From the IMG/VR virus record IMGVR_UViG_3300032214_000566, positions 32,881 to 96,880 of that record: a stretch of DNA of 64,000 bases; one strand, 5' to 3'. The stretch is from a virus. Positions 28,922 to 39,041 of the stretch are shown here, one piece after another. Positions within the stretch are counted from its first letter, which is position 1. Every line of letters starts with the position of its first letter. Made by a program: the position numbers and the translations under genes. The notes beneath the pieces were generated by a model. That model worked only from the letters and a program-made list of their open reading frames with translations, did not search any database and had not been told where the DNA came from.

Positions 28922-29829
28922 TAACTAATTATGTTTGTAAAGTTTTTACTGAAGTCTATATTAGTACCTCTATCTTGTCTAACCTCATACAATAATTCAT
29001 TAAAGTTATCTCTAACTTCAAATAAGTTATATTGTTTATAAATGTTACCCGCAGTATCATATAACGTATATACACCATCATCAATACTTTTAGTTTGGTT
29101 ACCATAAAGGGCAATTGCTAACGTATCAATATCATAATTAGATATTTGAATATCCAAAGTAACAGGATTAAAGAATGTGTTAGTAATAATAATATTTTGA
29201 TTTGGTTGTCCAATAAATGGTGTCGCATTTGGTTTATTCGTAGGTGATGATGATGGTGATAAAGTACAAAATACTAAATTACTTGACCCTTCAGTATACC
29301 TATAACGAATAGTTTTTTGTGATGTATTTGTTTGGTTAGTTACAACAGGTTCGCAGAAAAATGCAGAAGTCACTATTCTAAAAAAATTAGGTATTTTTGT
29401 TCCGTCTGAATTTAAATACTCAACTCTAAACCCAACAAGACCTTGGTTAACGAATTTATTCCTATATTGTTGTGGTACATTATTAACGTCTATCACTATA
29501 CCTTTAACATTCGGTAAAGCAGATAAAACCCCACAATCGGTAATTTTAGTTCTAATCTCAGCAGGTCTAACATACAACGTATATATACCAACAGCATTAA
29601 ACTCAGTTGCCGGTAATTTGAGGTTGTACAAACCACCTAATATTTCAACATTTTTTTTACCACCAGTAGAATCATTATGATAATATGGTGTAAGTAATGT
29701 TGCCGCATTTAATTTTTTAAGTGTAAAATTAGTGGTTACGTCTCGGGAAGGAGTATAATGTAATATAATCTCCACATCCTGTGGTGAAACGTCCGCTGGT
29801 CTTACTGTTCCGTATGCTCCTAAAGCCAT
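28921..29829 (-). CDS. Putative baseplate structural protein
   Basis: 302 aa within the baseplate cluster; TATTTAT motif upstream. Confidence 0.6.
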   Translation of the reverse strand: MALGAYGTVRPADVSPQDVEIILHYTPSRDVTTNFTLKKLNAATLLTPYYHNDSTGGKKNVEILGGLYNLKLPATEFNAVGIYTLYVRPAEIRTKITDCGVLSALPNVKGIVIDVNNVPQQYRNKFVNQGLVGFRVEYLNSDGTKIPNFFRIVTSAFFCEPVVTNQTNTSQKTIRYRYTEGSSNLVFCTLSPSSSPTNKPNATPFIGQPNQNIIITNTFFNPVTLDIQISNYDIDTLAIALYGNQTKSIDDGVYTLYDTAGNIYKQYNLFEVRDNFNELLYEVRQDRGTNIDFSKNFTNIIS

Positions 29830-29864
29830 TTGTTTTTTATTTATAAATAGTTTATGACACTTTT

Positions 29865-30947
29865 TTAAGCAGTGTTAATTTTATAATATCCGTAACCATA
29901 TTTAACAAGGTCACCTATATTATCCACTTCATTAAGTCTTTGTAAAGGCTCAAAAGCCGAATACTGACCTCTTTCAACAACAATATCCGATTGTACTTCA
30001 GGATCCATTACAAAATCCAACAAATATTCATTTTTAGTCAATGCTGAAACCACAATATCATTATCTGTAATTCCTGAAGACCCAACAACATAATATGTTT
30101 TCCCGTCATTGGTGTCAAAGTACTCAATGTTATTAATAGTATACGCAGTATATTCATTTGTAATTTGACTAACATAACCTATAGAACCATTTGATAGTGA
30201 CATGATATAACCGACTGTGAATGGTTGTGGTCCCCATCTTCTTAATAATTCTAATTGTGAATTAGTATATCCAGAAACAGGGAATGGGATAGTTGTATAT
30301 GTACTTGATATCTGTGATTGTACATTATTTTCAGAGTCACCTGTAAAGATAAAATCTAAACTTAATTGTGTCCCTGACCAACTACCTCCTTGTGGTGTGA
30401 AAGTTATCCCACCTAATGGGTTGGTTATTGTTATACCTGTAAATGGTACTGAAACCGGTTTTTGGACCGTAGTTGTACCCCAAATATTTGTTTGTGATAA
30501 AGTTATTGTATAATTTTCAGGGTTAGACGCATAGATATGACTTTGGATTGTATTACCTAAAGTTAAACTAGGTCCTGTAGATCCGTCACCCCAATTAATT
30601 ACGTATTCAGATTGTTGTAAATAATTTTGGAAATTGTAACTGGCAGTATTATAGACATATACTTTATATTGGTTAATCGGGTCTCCTGATATTACGAAGT
30701 TAGTTACAACATCTATTTGGTCAATATACCCATCAAATGTAGAATAATAACCAATATCATTAATGTTTTGTGTAAACATAATAGGTATCGTTAATCCCGT
30801 TAATAACGAACCCCCATTTGTACCACCGCTAAGGACGTAACTTAATCCTGAATAAACATCAAACGTATTTGTTTGGTATGTCTCTAAGAACAAGTCGTCA
30901 TTTAAAACTTCCGGTGAAATTACTATATTTATTTTTTCAGGTGTCAT
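29865..30947 (-). CDS. Putative virion protein with a PKD-like domain
   Basis: YVINWGDGS...HIYA...YTITL pattern. Confidence 0.6.
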   Translation of the reverse strand: MTPEKINIVISPEVLNDDLFLETYQTNTFDVYSGLSYVLSGGTNGGSLLTGLTIPIMFTQNINDIGYYSTFDGYIDQIDVVTNFVISGDPINQYKVYVYNTASYNFQNYLQQSEYVINWGDGSTGPSLTLGNTIQSHIYASNPENYTITLSQTNIWGTTTVQKPVSVPFTGITITNPLGGITFTPQGGSWSGTQLSLDFIFTGDSENNVQSQISSTYTTIPFPVSGYTNSQLELLRRWGPQPFTVGYIMSLSNGSIGYVSQITNEYTAYTINNIEYFDTNDGKTYYVVGSSGITDNDIVVSALTKNEYLLDFVMDPEVQSDIVVERGQYSAFEPLQRLNEVDNIGDLVKYGYGYYKINTA

Positions 30948-31852
30948 TAAGGATTAACATATTCGTACCATTTTATCGGGGAATTAACAGTTCCCACTCT
31001 TGTAAGATTACCCACTTGAGGTTCATAAAAAACCTCATACTCAAAGGTCCCATAATTTAACTTATATTTGTAATAGAATGTTTTTTGTTTGTCTACGTTA
31101 AATCTTGATGCACCTGTAAAATTAGATTGGGGGACATTCATTAATCTAACAAATTGTCCTTTTTTAGCATTAAAGAATTTAGCACTAACATAGAACTCAT
31201 CAATATTAAGGTAACTTTTATCTTTTAAGAAATAGATAAAAAACCCTTCTTTATCAGCACCAGCATAATCCAATTTAAATTTAGGTTTTTTAACCATCAC
31301 ATTTATTGGGAAGTTAACACTGCCAATAGTCCCCGGTTCTTTTAATCCTTGTTGTGTTGGTAATATAACCGTTAAAAGTATTTTTTGACTTTCGGATTGA
31401 TTCGTGTCGTAAAAATCTAACTTAAAAAAACTACCTTTAAATGAGTTTGCAAAATAATATATTTCTGAATCAGTAAAAGACGCATTTTCATAATCAATCG
31501 CCCAATTACTTAATGTTGCACCACTAATTGGTGATAAGTAATCAAAGAAATTGAATTCATAGTTTATGTCAGTAACCTTAGTTGTGGTTGTCGTAATAAT
31601 ATTACCCACTGTCGGTGGTCCAGAAAAGCTAGGTATTATTATTTGAGTCGTACCTGTAGTTAAGTAATTCCACTCGGCATGTGCAAATTTTGTACTTTCA
31701 AAATCTTGTGGTGGGTTAATAATTTGTTCTAAAACCTCACTCTCATATAACTCAATACTCTGAGTCCTACCCTCAAAATCGAAATCAATTTCTAACGGTA
31801 TATTAAGAAACCCATCCTCAGTTTTTACTATCCCTAAAAATTTATCATTCAC
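30947..31852 (-). CDS. Putative virion structural protein
   Basis: 301 aa, translationally coupled within the structural operon. Confidence 0.6.
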   Translation of the reverse strand: MNDKFLGIVKTEDGFLNIPLEIDFDFEGRTQSIELYESEVLEQIINPPQDFESTKFAHAEWNYLTTGTTQIIIPSFSGPPTVGNIITTTTTKVTDINYEFNFFDYLSPISGATLSNWAIDYENASFTDSEIYYFANSFKGSFFKLDFYDTNQSESQKILLTVILPTQQGLKEPGTIGSVNFPINVMVKKPKFKLDYAGADKEGFFIYFLKDKSYLNIDEFYVSAKFFNAKKGQFVRLMNVPQSNFTGASRFNVDKQKTFYYKYKLNYGTFEYEVFYEPQVGNLTRVGTVNSPIKWYEYVNP

Positions 31853-33557
31853 AATTATCAGTAATTGGGTCGTTTATTATTGTTGTTTCAACATTACTTA
31901 CATTACGTTTCATAGGGTATTGTATAAACACAATCTCTTTAAAAGGATAATGAGCATCATTAATAAATGGTATGTTAAGTCCTAAATTATTACTATCTAT
32001 ATAACCATAACTATATATGTCTCTCCAAATAAACGTCTGTGTGTTGTTAGAAAAATAAGAATAAAATGGGGCTTGGTCGATTTCGGTTAACCTAGCAGAC
32101 TCTATGTAATCACTATAAACCCTAATAGGAATAGAATAATGTGGTTTATAAGCGTATCCAGAAGGTAAGTTAGTATTACCCGAAGTTTGCACATCTAAAA
32201 ATAATATAGGATTAATTGAATACTTGTGGAATAATGGAGACAAAACGTATTCTTTTTGTTCGATATCATTGTATTCGCAAAAATCACCTTTTATGATGTC
32301 ACCGACATTTAATTCTTTGTTATAATAAAAATTGTTGTTTTGTTCAGAATAAACCCCATACGGTATATTATCTTTATTATTTGTTGATTGTTTATTCCAC
32401 CAATTATCAATAGTATTTTTTAAGAAGTTAAATTCCCACCCGATTTCTAAAGCACTTGATTGGTTAGGGTTTGGTTTATTAAACCAACCCATGTAACCTT
32501 TATTAACTATGGTAAAAAATAATTCACTAATAGGTTTACCATTATTATCTATTAAATTTTGGATGTTAATATCTTTATTCACTGAAAATCCATATGATTG
32601 TGTTCCCGTCTTAACGGAAACTCTTTGTACTTGATTGGGGGTAATTGCTGAAAACTCCAATTTTCTTTTTACAGGGAACGGGTTATTTTCAAAACCTAAT
32701 TTAGTAACGAAAGTCTCGTCGTCATTAGTAAGTATTTTATGTAACCTAACATAATATCTTGATTTAGTTTCAGCACTATTAGTGATATTAATAATTCTTT
32801 TGAAGTTACCATACCTTCCATCATAAACATCATTACTACTGAAAAGTAAATTAAAGATGGTAAATACTTTCTCCTCTGAACGATAGTCACCATCACCCAA
32901 AGTAAAAACTTGGAATCGGTATTTGTTATTAATACTTGTGGTTAACTCGACCCATTGACCAACTTGTAGATTATGATTAGTCGCACAATAAAAATATACA
33001 ACCGATTTACCATTTGTTGTTCCGGTACCCATAACAAATGGTATACCACTGGCAACATTAAAAGACTGGTTGGTTACGTTAAATTTTTCACTTTTATATG
33101 ACATCGTTTGGGCTGTCGTACTACTATAAGCATATGATGTATAAAAAGACCAATTATATGTTGATGCACTTTTTGGTTTAAAATCTACGTGCCCCGTTAT
33201 ACCGCTAGTTCTTATTAAACTAAATTCGTCATACTGAGGAAATCCAGACCAAACATTAGTATTTATTGATATTTCCGGATTTAAATAATATAAACTATTT
33301 TTAAATGGGGTGTAATTTGTTTTACCTGATATCGCATTATTAAATATATTAACTATTTTACCATTTAATCTAAATGTGTTTGATGCTTGTCTTTCACTAT
33401 CAAAAACATTATTTAAACTAACGATAGATGACCTATCACCTTGTACCAAACTCCTTTGTTGTCCGAATAAGGGTAACTGAATTTGTTCATCAACTGTTGT
33501 AGATGCCGCATATCTTTTGGACCCTAAAACTATTCTTATCTCATCCTGTTTTCTCAT
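31845..33557 (-). CDS. Putative virion structural protein
   Basis: 570 aa, Asn/Tyr/Thr-rich, within the structural operon. Confidence 0.6.
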   Translation of the reverse strand: MRKQDEIRIVLGSKRYAASTTVDEQIQLPLFGQQRSLVQGDRSSIVSLNNVFDSERQASNTFRLNGKIVNIFNNAISGKTNYTPFKNSLYYLNPEISINTNVWSGFPQYDEFSLIRTSGITGHVDFKPKSASTYNWSFYTSYAYSSTTAQTMSYKSEKFNVTNQSFNVASGIPFVMGTGTTNGKSVVYFYCATNHNLQVGQWVELTTSINNKYRFQVFTLGDGDYRSEEKVFTIFNLLFSSNDVYDGRYGNFKRIINITNSAETKSRYYVRLHKILTNDDETFVTKLGFENNPFPVKRKLEFSAITPNQVQRVSVKTGTQSYGFSVNKDINIQNLIDNNGKPISELFFTIVNKGYMGWFNKPNPNQSSALEIGWEFNFLKNTIDNWWNKQSTNNKDNIPYGVYSEQNNNFYYNKELNVGDIIKGDFCEYNDIEQKEYVLSPLFHKYSINPILFLDVQTSGNTNLPSGYAYKPHYSIPIRVYSDYIESARLTEIDQAPFYSYFSNNTQTFIWRDIYSYGYIDSNNLGLNIPFINDAHYPFKEIVFIQYPMKRNVSNVETTIINDPITDNCE

Positions 33558-33559
33558 TA

Positions 33560-36500
33560 TTAAGAAATAATATATTTGGTTATGTATCTATTAAGTGCAG
33601 TTTTACCTTTACCTAACCCAAAGTAAAAATGGTAAGGTGCCCCAACAACAAACCTATCACTTGTTTGATTATTAGATGGTGCGAAAGTAGGTATACCTGT
33701 ATTTGTATAGTTATAAATATACCCCTTTTGTGGTCCATTTGTTGCTTGAAAATAATCAGTATTTGAAAAAGCCATTTGTTGGTATGGGACAGAATAATAT
33801 TTATTATTTGAATCATAAGTCGTCCACCAATCGTTATCTTGACTACCTAATATTGTTTGAGGTATGTTATTACTATCTTTTTTCCACTTATACATCGGAA
33901 CTACTTGTGTTTTTGGGTATCCAACTGTTTGTGTTGTGGTACCAAATGTTATAGTTCCTGGTGTTAACATTATTCGATTTTCAGTTATGGCGGAAAATAA
34001 AGCACCTATCAATGGTCCGTCATTGGTGTTTGGCGCCAAATAGATATCATTATCGTCATAGAACTCATCAGTGAATGGTAAAACACCATATTCAGAATTA
34101 ATGCTAAACATTTGTGCAACATCACCATCAATCCTATCTTGAGTACGACTAAATAAACTATTTATGGACGCATCCCCACTACCCGCAAGTTGTTGACCGA
34201 AGGACGTAGATAATAGTCTAGATAATAAAAAGAATAATAATATATCGCTTGTCTCATTATAACTTGTACTTTTCATCGTATCCACCAAATAACCCTCCAA
34301 TTGTGGGTTAAGACATATTTCTTTCGCAAATTGGTCTCTAGGTCCTAAATCCATAATAGTGGTTGGGAAGTATAGATTTTTATCGTTCATTCCTCCGTAA
34401 TCAGCATCAACCCATTGGTTGTTCAATGGATTTCTTTTTCTTGGTTTTTGCCCAACGAATCCACCAATAGTGGCATCATAAGGTGTCGACCTATAAAAGA
34501 ATGAAAATCTACTCTTATCATAATATATTGGCCCCTGGTTTGTTGTGATTGGAACTAAAAGCCCATCATTAGCTCCACAGAATTTATATTTTTTAACATT
34601 ACCAACCGCATCATAAACCGTCTTTTTTCTAAATGAAAATGCATATAACGTACCATTAACCCAATTGTTTTGGAAAACGTGACTTATAATACCTCTACAG
34701 GCACCAAATGAAAATCTAAATCTAGCCTTCCATTCAACAAAATATTTAATATCGTCAGGTATAGTTTTTATTAATTCATCCTGAACAAAATAATAACACC
34801 CACCTCTAACTCTTTGTTTTTGTATGTTACCTGTAAAATTCTCAGGACATGGGTCATCAACACCAAAAGTCTCACCACTACCCGAATAACAGGACAACAA
34901 AGTCATATTTTCACATGCTAAACTTCCAAGTACCGCATCACTAACACCTGTACCACTATCTTGCAAATCTTGCAGATTATTTGTTTGGTCTGTGGGTTGT
35001 AAAGCAACAACAGGTAAATCAATTATATCACCAGTCTCAGTTAACTTATACATTAAAAAATTATCATTTAAATGTAGAGAATACGATGTATTACCGGAAA
35101 CTTCTGTAATATCCGAAGTCGGTAACCTATCAGATCTTAATAAAAGTCTTGTAGATGAGTTCATCGTAATATTAGGTAAGGTATCTAAATGATATGCTGG
35201 TGAAAAAACTCGACTTAATCTCGATGCCGCTTGTAAAGGCATGTAAGTCCCTTGTACTTCAGCACCCGCAAAAAATGTACCACCCTCGATGTTACCTTGG
35301 GGTGATGTTTGGCATGCCGGTTGAGTTCCACCTCCACCGACACCTTGCCAAGTTCCCTGACAGACTTCTAAATCAATTACAACACCACTACTATCTATTT
35401 GTGCCGCAATAGCAACTAACCAAGTTGGGGCCCCTGTTTGTGGATTCACCGCTTGGTATTGTATAACTCTCCACGTATATGTGTTCGTAATCGGATTAAT
35501 AGTACCAACTACAGGTATAGTACAAGCAACATTCGTATATAAAACTTGTCCAGTTTGAATACTCGCAACTGTTGTAAAGAAACTAGGTCCACCTGTCGAT
35601 ATGTTTTCACAAGCACCAACATTACCATTAGCACAAGGTATACCCGCAGGAACATTCTGACAAGTACCAACACTATAATTACCCATGACCGATTGACCTT
35701 CAGCATTATTTCTAAACGCCCAAGTCGAATTACTCGCCAACCATTGATATGTTGTGGTTCCAGGGTTAGCCGCGTTAACTATTGAGCTCCCATATTGAAA
35801 TCCTATAGTACTTTTACCTAACTGAGGACCATTACATGCAATGTCGCTATAAACACCAGCAGGTGATGTGTAAGCCTGTAACGTACTAACATCCCCTGGA
35901 AATGCGGTGTAAGTTGATCTAGATTTATCTGTGGAATTATAATATTTAGCAACGTTATTTGTAAATGCGGTAAAGGACCCAGCACCTAATGTAAATGAAA
36001 ACGGTTGATAATATGGGGCATTTTGTGAGTTTAAAACACTGTGTGTTTGTGGAGTTACATATCCTGACCTCCAAGTTAAGTTGTTAATGGCACTATTAGC
36101 AGTTGGCTGTATTGGTATATTTAAATGGTAACTTCCCTCCACTATAGGTCCCTGATTAAATCCATAACCAAAAAGCATGGATAGGTCATATTTTATATTT
36201 TGTCTCTCAGTATATGGGTCAACACCTCGAGTTAAGAATATAATTTCTTGATTTTGGTAGTTATCATAAAAACTAAATGGTTTTTTGTACCAAGCGGTTT
36301 GTCCAGGAGGGACAGGTATTGGTTCGTTGTATCTAACTCTTTGTGATTTATTATATAAATACTTATTTAATAATCCGTTAGGGTTATTAAAGTTAGTTAA
36401 TCCTGAAAATTGGTAAGCGGTCCCACCAGTAATTACTTGGAAATATTCATTACCTGCCGGAAAATCATAAGTTTTCGTCCCACCAGTAATTCTTAATTTT

Positions 36501-38968
36501 AAAGTTGCGGTCGCACTTGTTCCTCCCGTAGTTATATAAGTCACCGTCTTAGTGATTAGTGATGTTTGATTTGGGTTAGTGTTACCGGTTATTTTTTTAT
36601 TATTAAACTGATTTAATGTTCCACCTGTTAAATTAGGGTCATTTATATTTGCTATATTATGGAATGAAACTAAATCACCAGCATTTAATAACTGTAAAGT
36701 GCCGGCATCACACACTATCATCAATATAGAATCAGTAAAACTATTCGATGGTTGTGGAATATTAGACCCCGGAGGTGAGTTATTAACTGTCGTTTTAATA
36801 ATATTTTCATTATCAAAATATCTTTTTCTGAAATTAGCCATGTTCAATGATTGGGATAACGTAACATCATCACCTAAATATTTAAATCCTCCACCTTGTG
36901 CAGGCACCTCAACGATAGGTAACTTACTCATTTTAGGATCCAAATCAATAAACCCAGCGGCTGCCGCCCCCGAAACATACTGATACCCCGCCAATCCTTG
37001 TCTAAGTCCATTATTCTCACCTTCAGTCGTATTACCACTAAATGTTGTTACATTACTATATTCACTTAATGAGTTTGAATTTATTAATTGTCCAAAATTA
37101 CCATTAGAAATTAAAAGGGTATCAAATGGGTTGAATTGTACATTATTAACCATATTAACATCTTCACAATTACAAGCCTCACAATCAGGATAAGATATCA
37201 TTGGTAGTGATATTCTTTTAAATGGGTTGTTTTCAGTTAAAGGTGTTAATGATTCTTTATTACAATTAACGTCACCTCCTAACGCCTTTACGACTTTACA
37301 AATAGTATAAACAACACCATTAATAAAGGCAATTATCTTATTAATAAATCTAACAACAATAGGGTACAGATATGCTAATATGTGTAAAACAATAATAACA
37401 ATAATGAAGACAGGCGATAAAACAGTTATTAGTAAATTAAATAAGAAAAATATAAAATCAAAATTTCTAACCCCGTCATTCACCGGAAATCTATTAGTCG
37501 TTGTAGAACATTCCCTATTTGTAATTTCTTTTATTCCTAAATGTCTTGCTCTGTTATACCCCCACTTCCATCTGTCTATATGTGAAGCAACTGTATAAAC
37601 TCTATTAAAATTAAATTCAAAAAATTTATCTTCACAGTTAATCGCCTCTTGGACCATTTGGTATCCTAATTGTGTAAATCCGGTGAAGTTAGCGTTTTGT
37701 ACATATTCTCCATAATCTTTCCAATCTAAACTAAACGCATATGATTTTTGTTGTAAATCGGGACTATATGGTCCGTTAATACTCGAACTATTCCAACCAT
37801 ATTCTTTAATGTTAGGGACTAGATAATCTGCCCTCATTATACTATTTTCATTACCATCTTCATTTTGGTATTGAATTCTAAATCTATACTTACCTTTTGT
37901 TGGTATTCCTATTGTCGGGTCATTTGATATTATCTCTTCTCCAAATTCATTAGTTGATATATAATCCAAATTCATGGGTACCTCAACTAACCAAGTACCA
38001 TCATCATCTATAATCTTACCTCCCTGTTCAAACTTAAATTCCTCTATGATTGGGAATCCTTCACTGTCATTAAAAATCGTTTGTCTTAAAGCCAAAACAG
38101 TTCCCGCCGCGGAAACTAAATCACATAAATTTCCAGAATCAAATTTAGGTTTACAATTAACACTTAATGGGTCGTCTTCACTTGTTGAGAACATAGACCC
38201 CATAAAAATAGCTTGTGGTTGTATTTCAACACCTATATCTCTAAGGTCAAAATCAACTCTAGTGATACCGACATTACAAATATCAGTTTCACCCCAAAAG
38301 GATGCAACTTCCACATCTTTAGCCTGATTAACAATTTGTGGTAATGAATCTAAATTTTCAGATGATTTAAAATTAGAACCAGCAAATTGTGAATCAACAC
38401 CTAAACCTTGTCTAACCAAATCCGATGGTCTTTGGGAAAAGCATCCGATGTTAGATAAGTCCATATCCATAACAACACTTTGTATCCCCAAAGGAACCCC
38501 CACTATCATGAAGTCACCGCTATCATTAGTTCTTACCGTGTACTTATAGTATTTTTCATATACCTCAAGTACCTCCATTCTGGTTAATAAATCATTAACA
38601 TCAGGAAACGTACCTGTTGGGGTGTGTCCTTGGTTTTCTTGTACATATGGTAATAGATTATATCTATAACCATCTTCATTCTTATCGGTTAACGTTTTAT
38701 ATGGATATAATGTCGATATTACAGGATCTAACGAATCCTCAGTGGTTAATGGTACGAATACTGATATGGGTACATTTGGCACACCAAATCCACCATTCGC
38801 AATAACTCTTCCTGCAACTACTCCGTAGTCCGCACAGAAACGAGTATAAACATCTTCTTGTTTAAGTTTTAGTGATAGGATTTCTATTAGGTCAAAATCT
38901 TGTTCGACATTGATTCTAATATTTTTATCTATCCCTGGTGTTGTTCTTATTCTATAACTTTTGGTCAT
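33560..38968 (-). CDS. Giant baseplate-associated protein (1802 aa) with an internal hydrophobic segment
   Basis: Follows the gp6-like gene; N-terminal GVVAGRVIANGGFGVPNVPISVF...TNDSGDFMIVGVPLG (prealbumin/CarboxypepD-like fold); internal transmembrane-like stretch. Confidence 0.65.
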   Translation of the reverse strand: MTKSYRIRTTPGIDKNIRINVEQDFDLIEILSLKLKQEDVYTRFCADYGVVAGRVIANGGFGVPNVPISVFVPLTTEDSLDPVISTLYPYKTLTDKNEDGYRYNLLPYVQENQGHTPTGTFPDVNDLLTRMEVLEVYEKYYKYTVRTNDSGDFMIVGVPLGIQSVVMDMDLSNIGCFSQRPSDLVRQGLGVDSQFAGSNFKSSENLDSLPQIVNQAKDVEVASFWGETDICNVGITRVDFDLRDIGVEIQPQAIFMGSMFSTSEDDPLSVNCKPKFDSGNLCDLVSAAGTVLALRQTIFNDSEGFPIIEEFKFEQGGKIIDDDGTWLVEVPMNLDYISTNEFGEEIISNDPTIGIPTKGKYRFRIQYQNEDGNENSIMRADYLVPNIKEYGWNSSSINGPYSPDLQQKSYAFSLDWKDYGEYVQNANFTGFTQLGYQMVQEAINCEDKFFEFNFNRVYTVASHIDRWKWGYNRARHLGIKEITNRECSTTTNRFPVNDGVRNFDFIFFLFNLLITVLSPVFIIVIIVLHILAYLYPIVVRFINKIIAFINGVVYTICKVVKALGGDVNCNKESLTPLTENNPFKRISLPMISYPDCEACNCEDVNMVNNVQFNPFDTLLISNGNFGQLINSNSLSEYSNVTTFSGNTTEGENNGLRQGLAGYQYVSGAAAAGFIDLDPKMSKLPIVEVPAQGGGFKYLGDDVTLSQSLNMANFRKRYFDNENIIKTTVNNSPPGSNIPQPSNSFTDSILMIVCDAGTLQLLNAGDLVSFHNIANINDPNLTGGTLNQFNNKKITGNTNPNQTSLITKTVTYITTGGTSATATLKLRITGGTKTYDFPAGNEYFQVITGGTAYQFSGLTNFNNPNGLLNKYLYNKSQRVRYNEPIPVPPGQTAWYKKPFSFYDNYQNQEIIFLTRGVDPYTERQNIKYDLSMLFGYGFNQGPIVEGSYHLNIPIQPTANSAINNLTWRSGYVTPQTHSVLNSQNAPYYQPFSFTLGAGSFTAFTNNVAKYYNSTDKSRSTYTAFPGDVSTLQAYTSPAGVYSDIACNGPQLGKSTIGFQYGSSIVNAANPGTTTYQWLASNSTWAFRNNAEGQSVMGNYSVGTCQNVPAGIPCANGNVGACENISTGGPSFFTTVASIQTGQVLYTNVACTIPVVGTINPITNTYTWRVIQYQAVNPQTGAPTWLVAIAAQIDSSGVVIDLEVCQGTWQGVGGGGTQPACQTSPQGNIEGGTFFAGAEVQGTYMPLQAASRLSRVFSPAYHLDTLPNITMNSSTRLLLRSDRLPTSDITEVSGNTSYSLHLNDNFLMYKLTETGDIIDLPVVALQPTDQTNNLQDLQDSGTGVSDAVLGSLACENMTLLSCYSGSGETFGVDDPCPENFTGNIQKQRVRGGCYYFVQDELIKTIPDDIKYFVEWKARFRFSFGACRGIISHVFQNNWVNGTLYAFSFRKKTVYDAVGNVKKYKFCGANDGLLVPITTNQGPIYYDKSRFSFFYRSTPYDATIGGFVGQKPRKRNPLNNQWVDADYGGMNDKNLYFPTTIMDLGPRDQFAKEICLNPQLEGYLVDTMKSTSYNETSDILLFFLLSRLLSTSFGQQLAGSGDASINSLFSRTQDRIDGDVAQMFSINSEYGVLPFTDEFYDDNDIYLAPNTNDGPLIGALFSAITENRIMLTPGTITFGTTTQTVGYPKTQVVPMYKWKKDSNNIPQTILGSQDNDWWTTYDSNNKYYSVPYQQMAFSNTDYFQATNGPQKGYIYNYTNTGIPTFAPSNNQTSDRFVVGAPYHFYFGLGKGKTALNRYITKYIIS

Positions 38969-39041
38969 TACTCTCTTTGTTGATAAATAGTTAAGTTGGT
39001 ACTTTTAAAAGATAATACCAACGGGACCAAAATAAATAATC

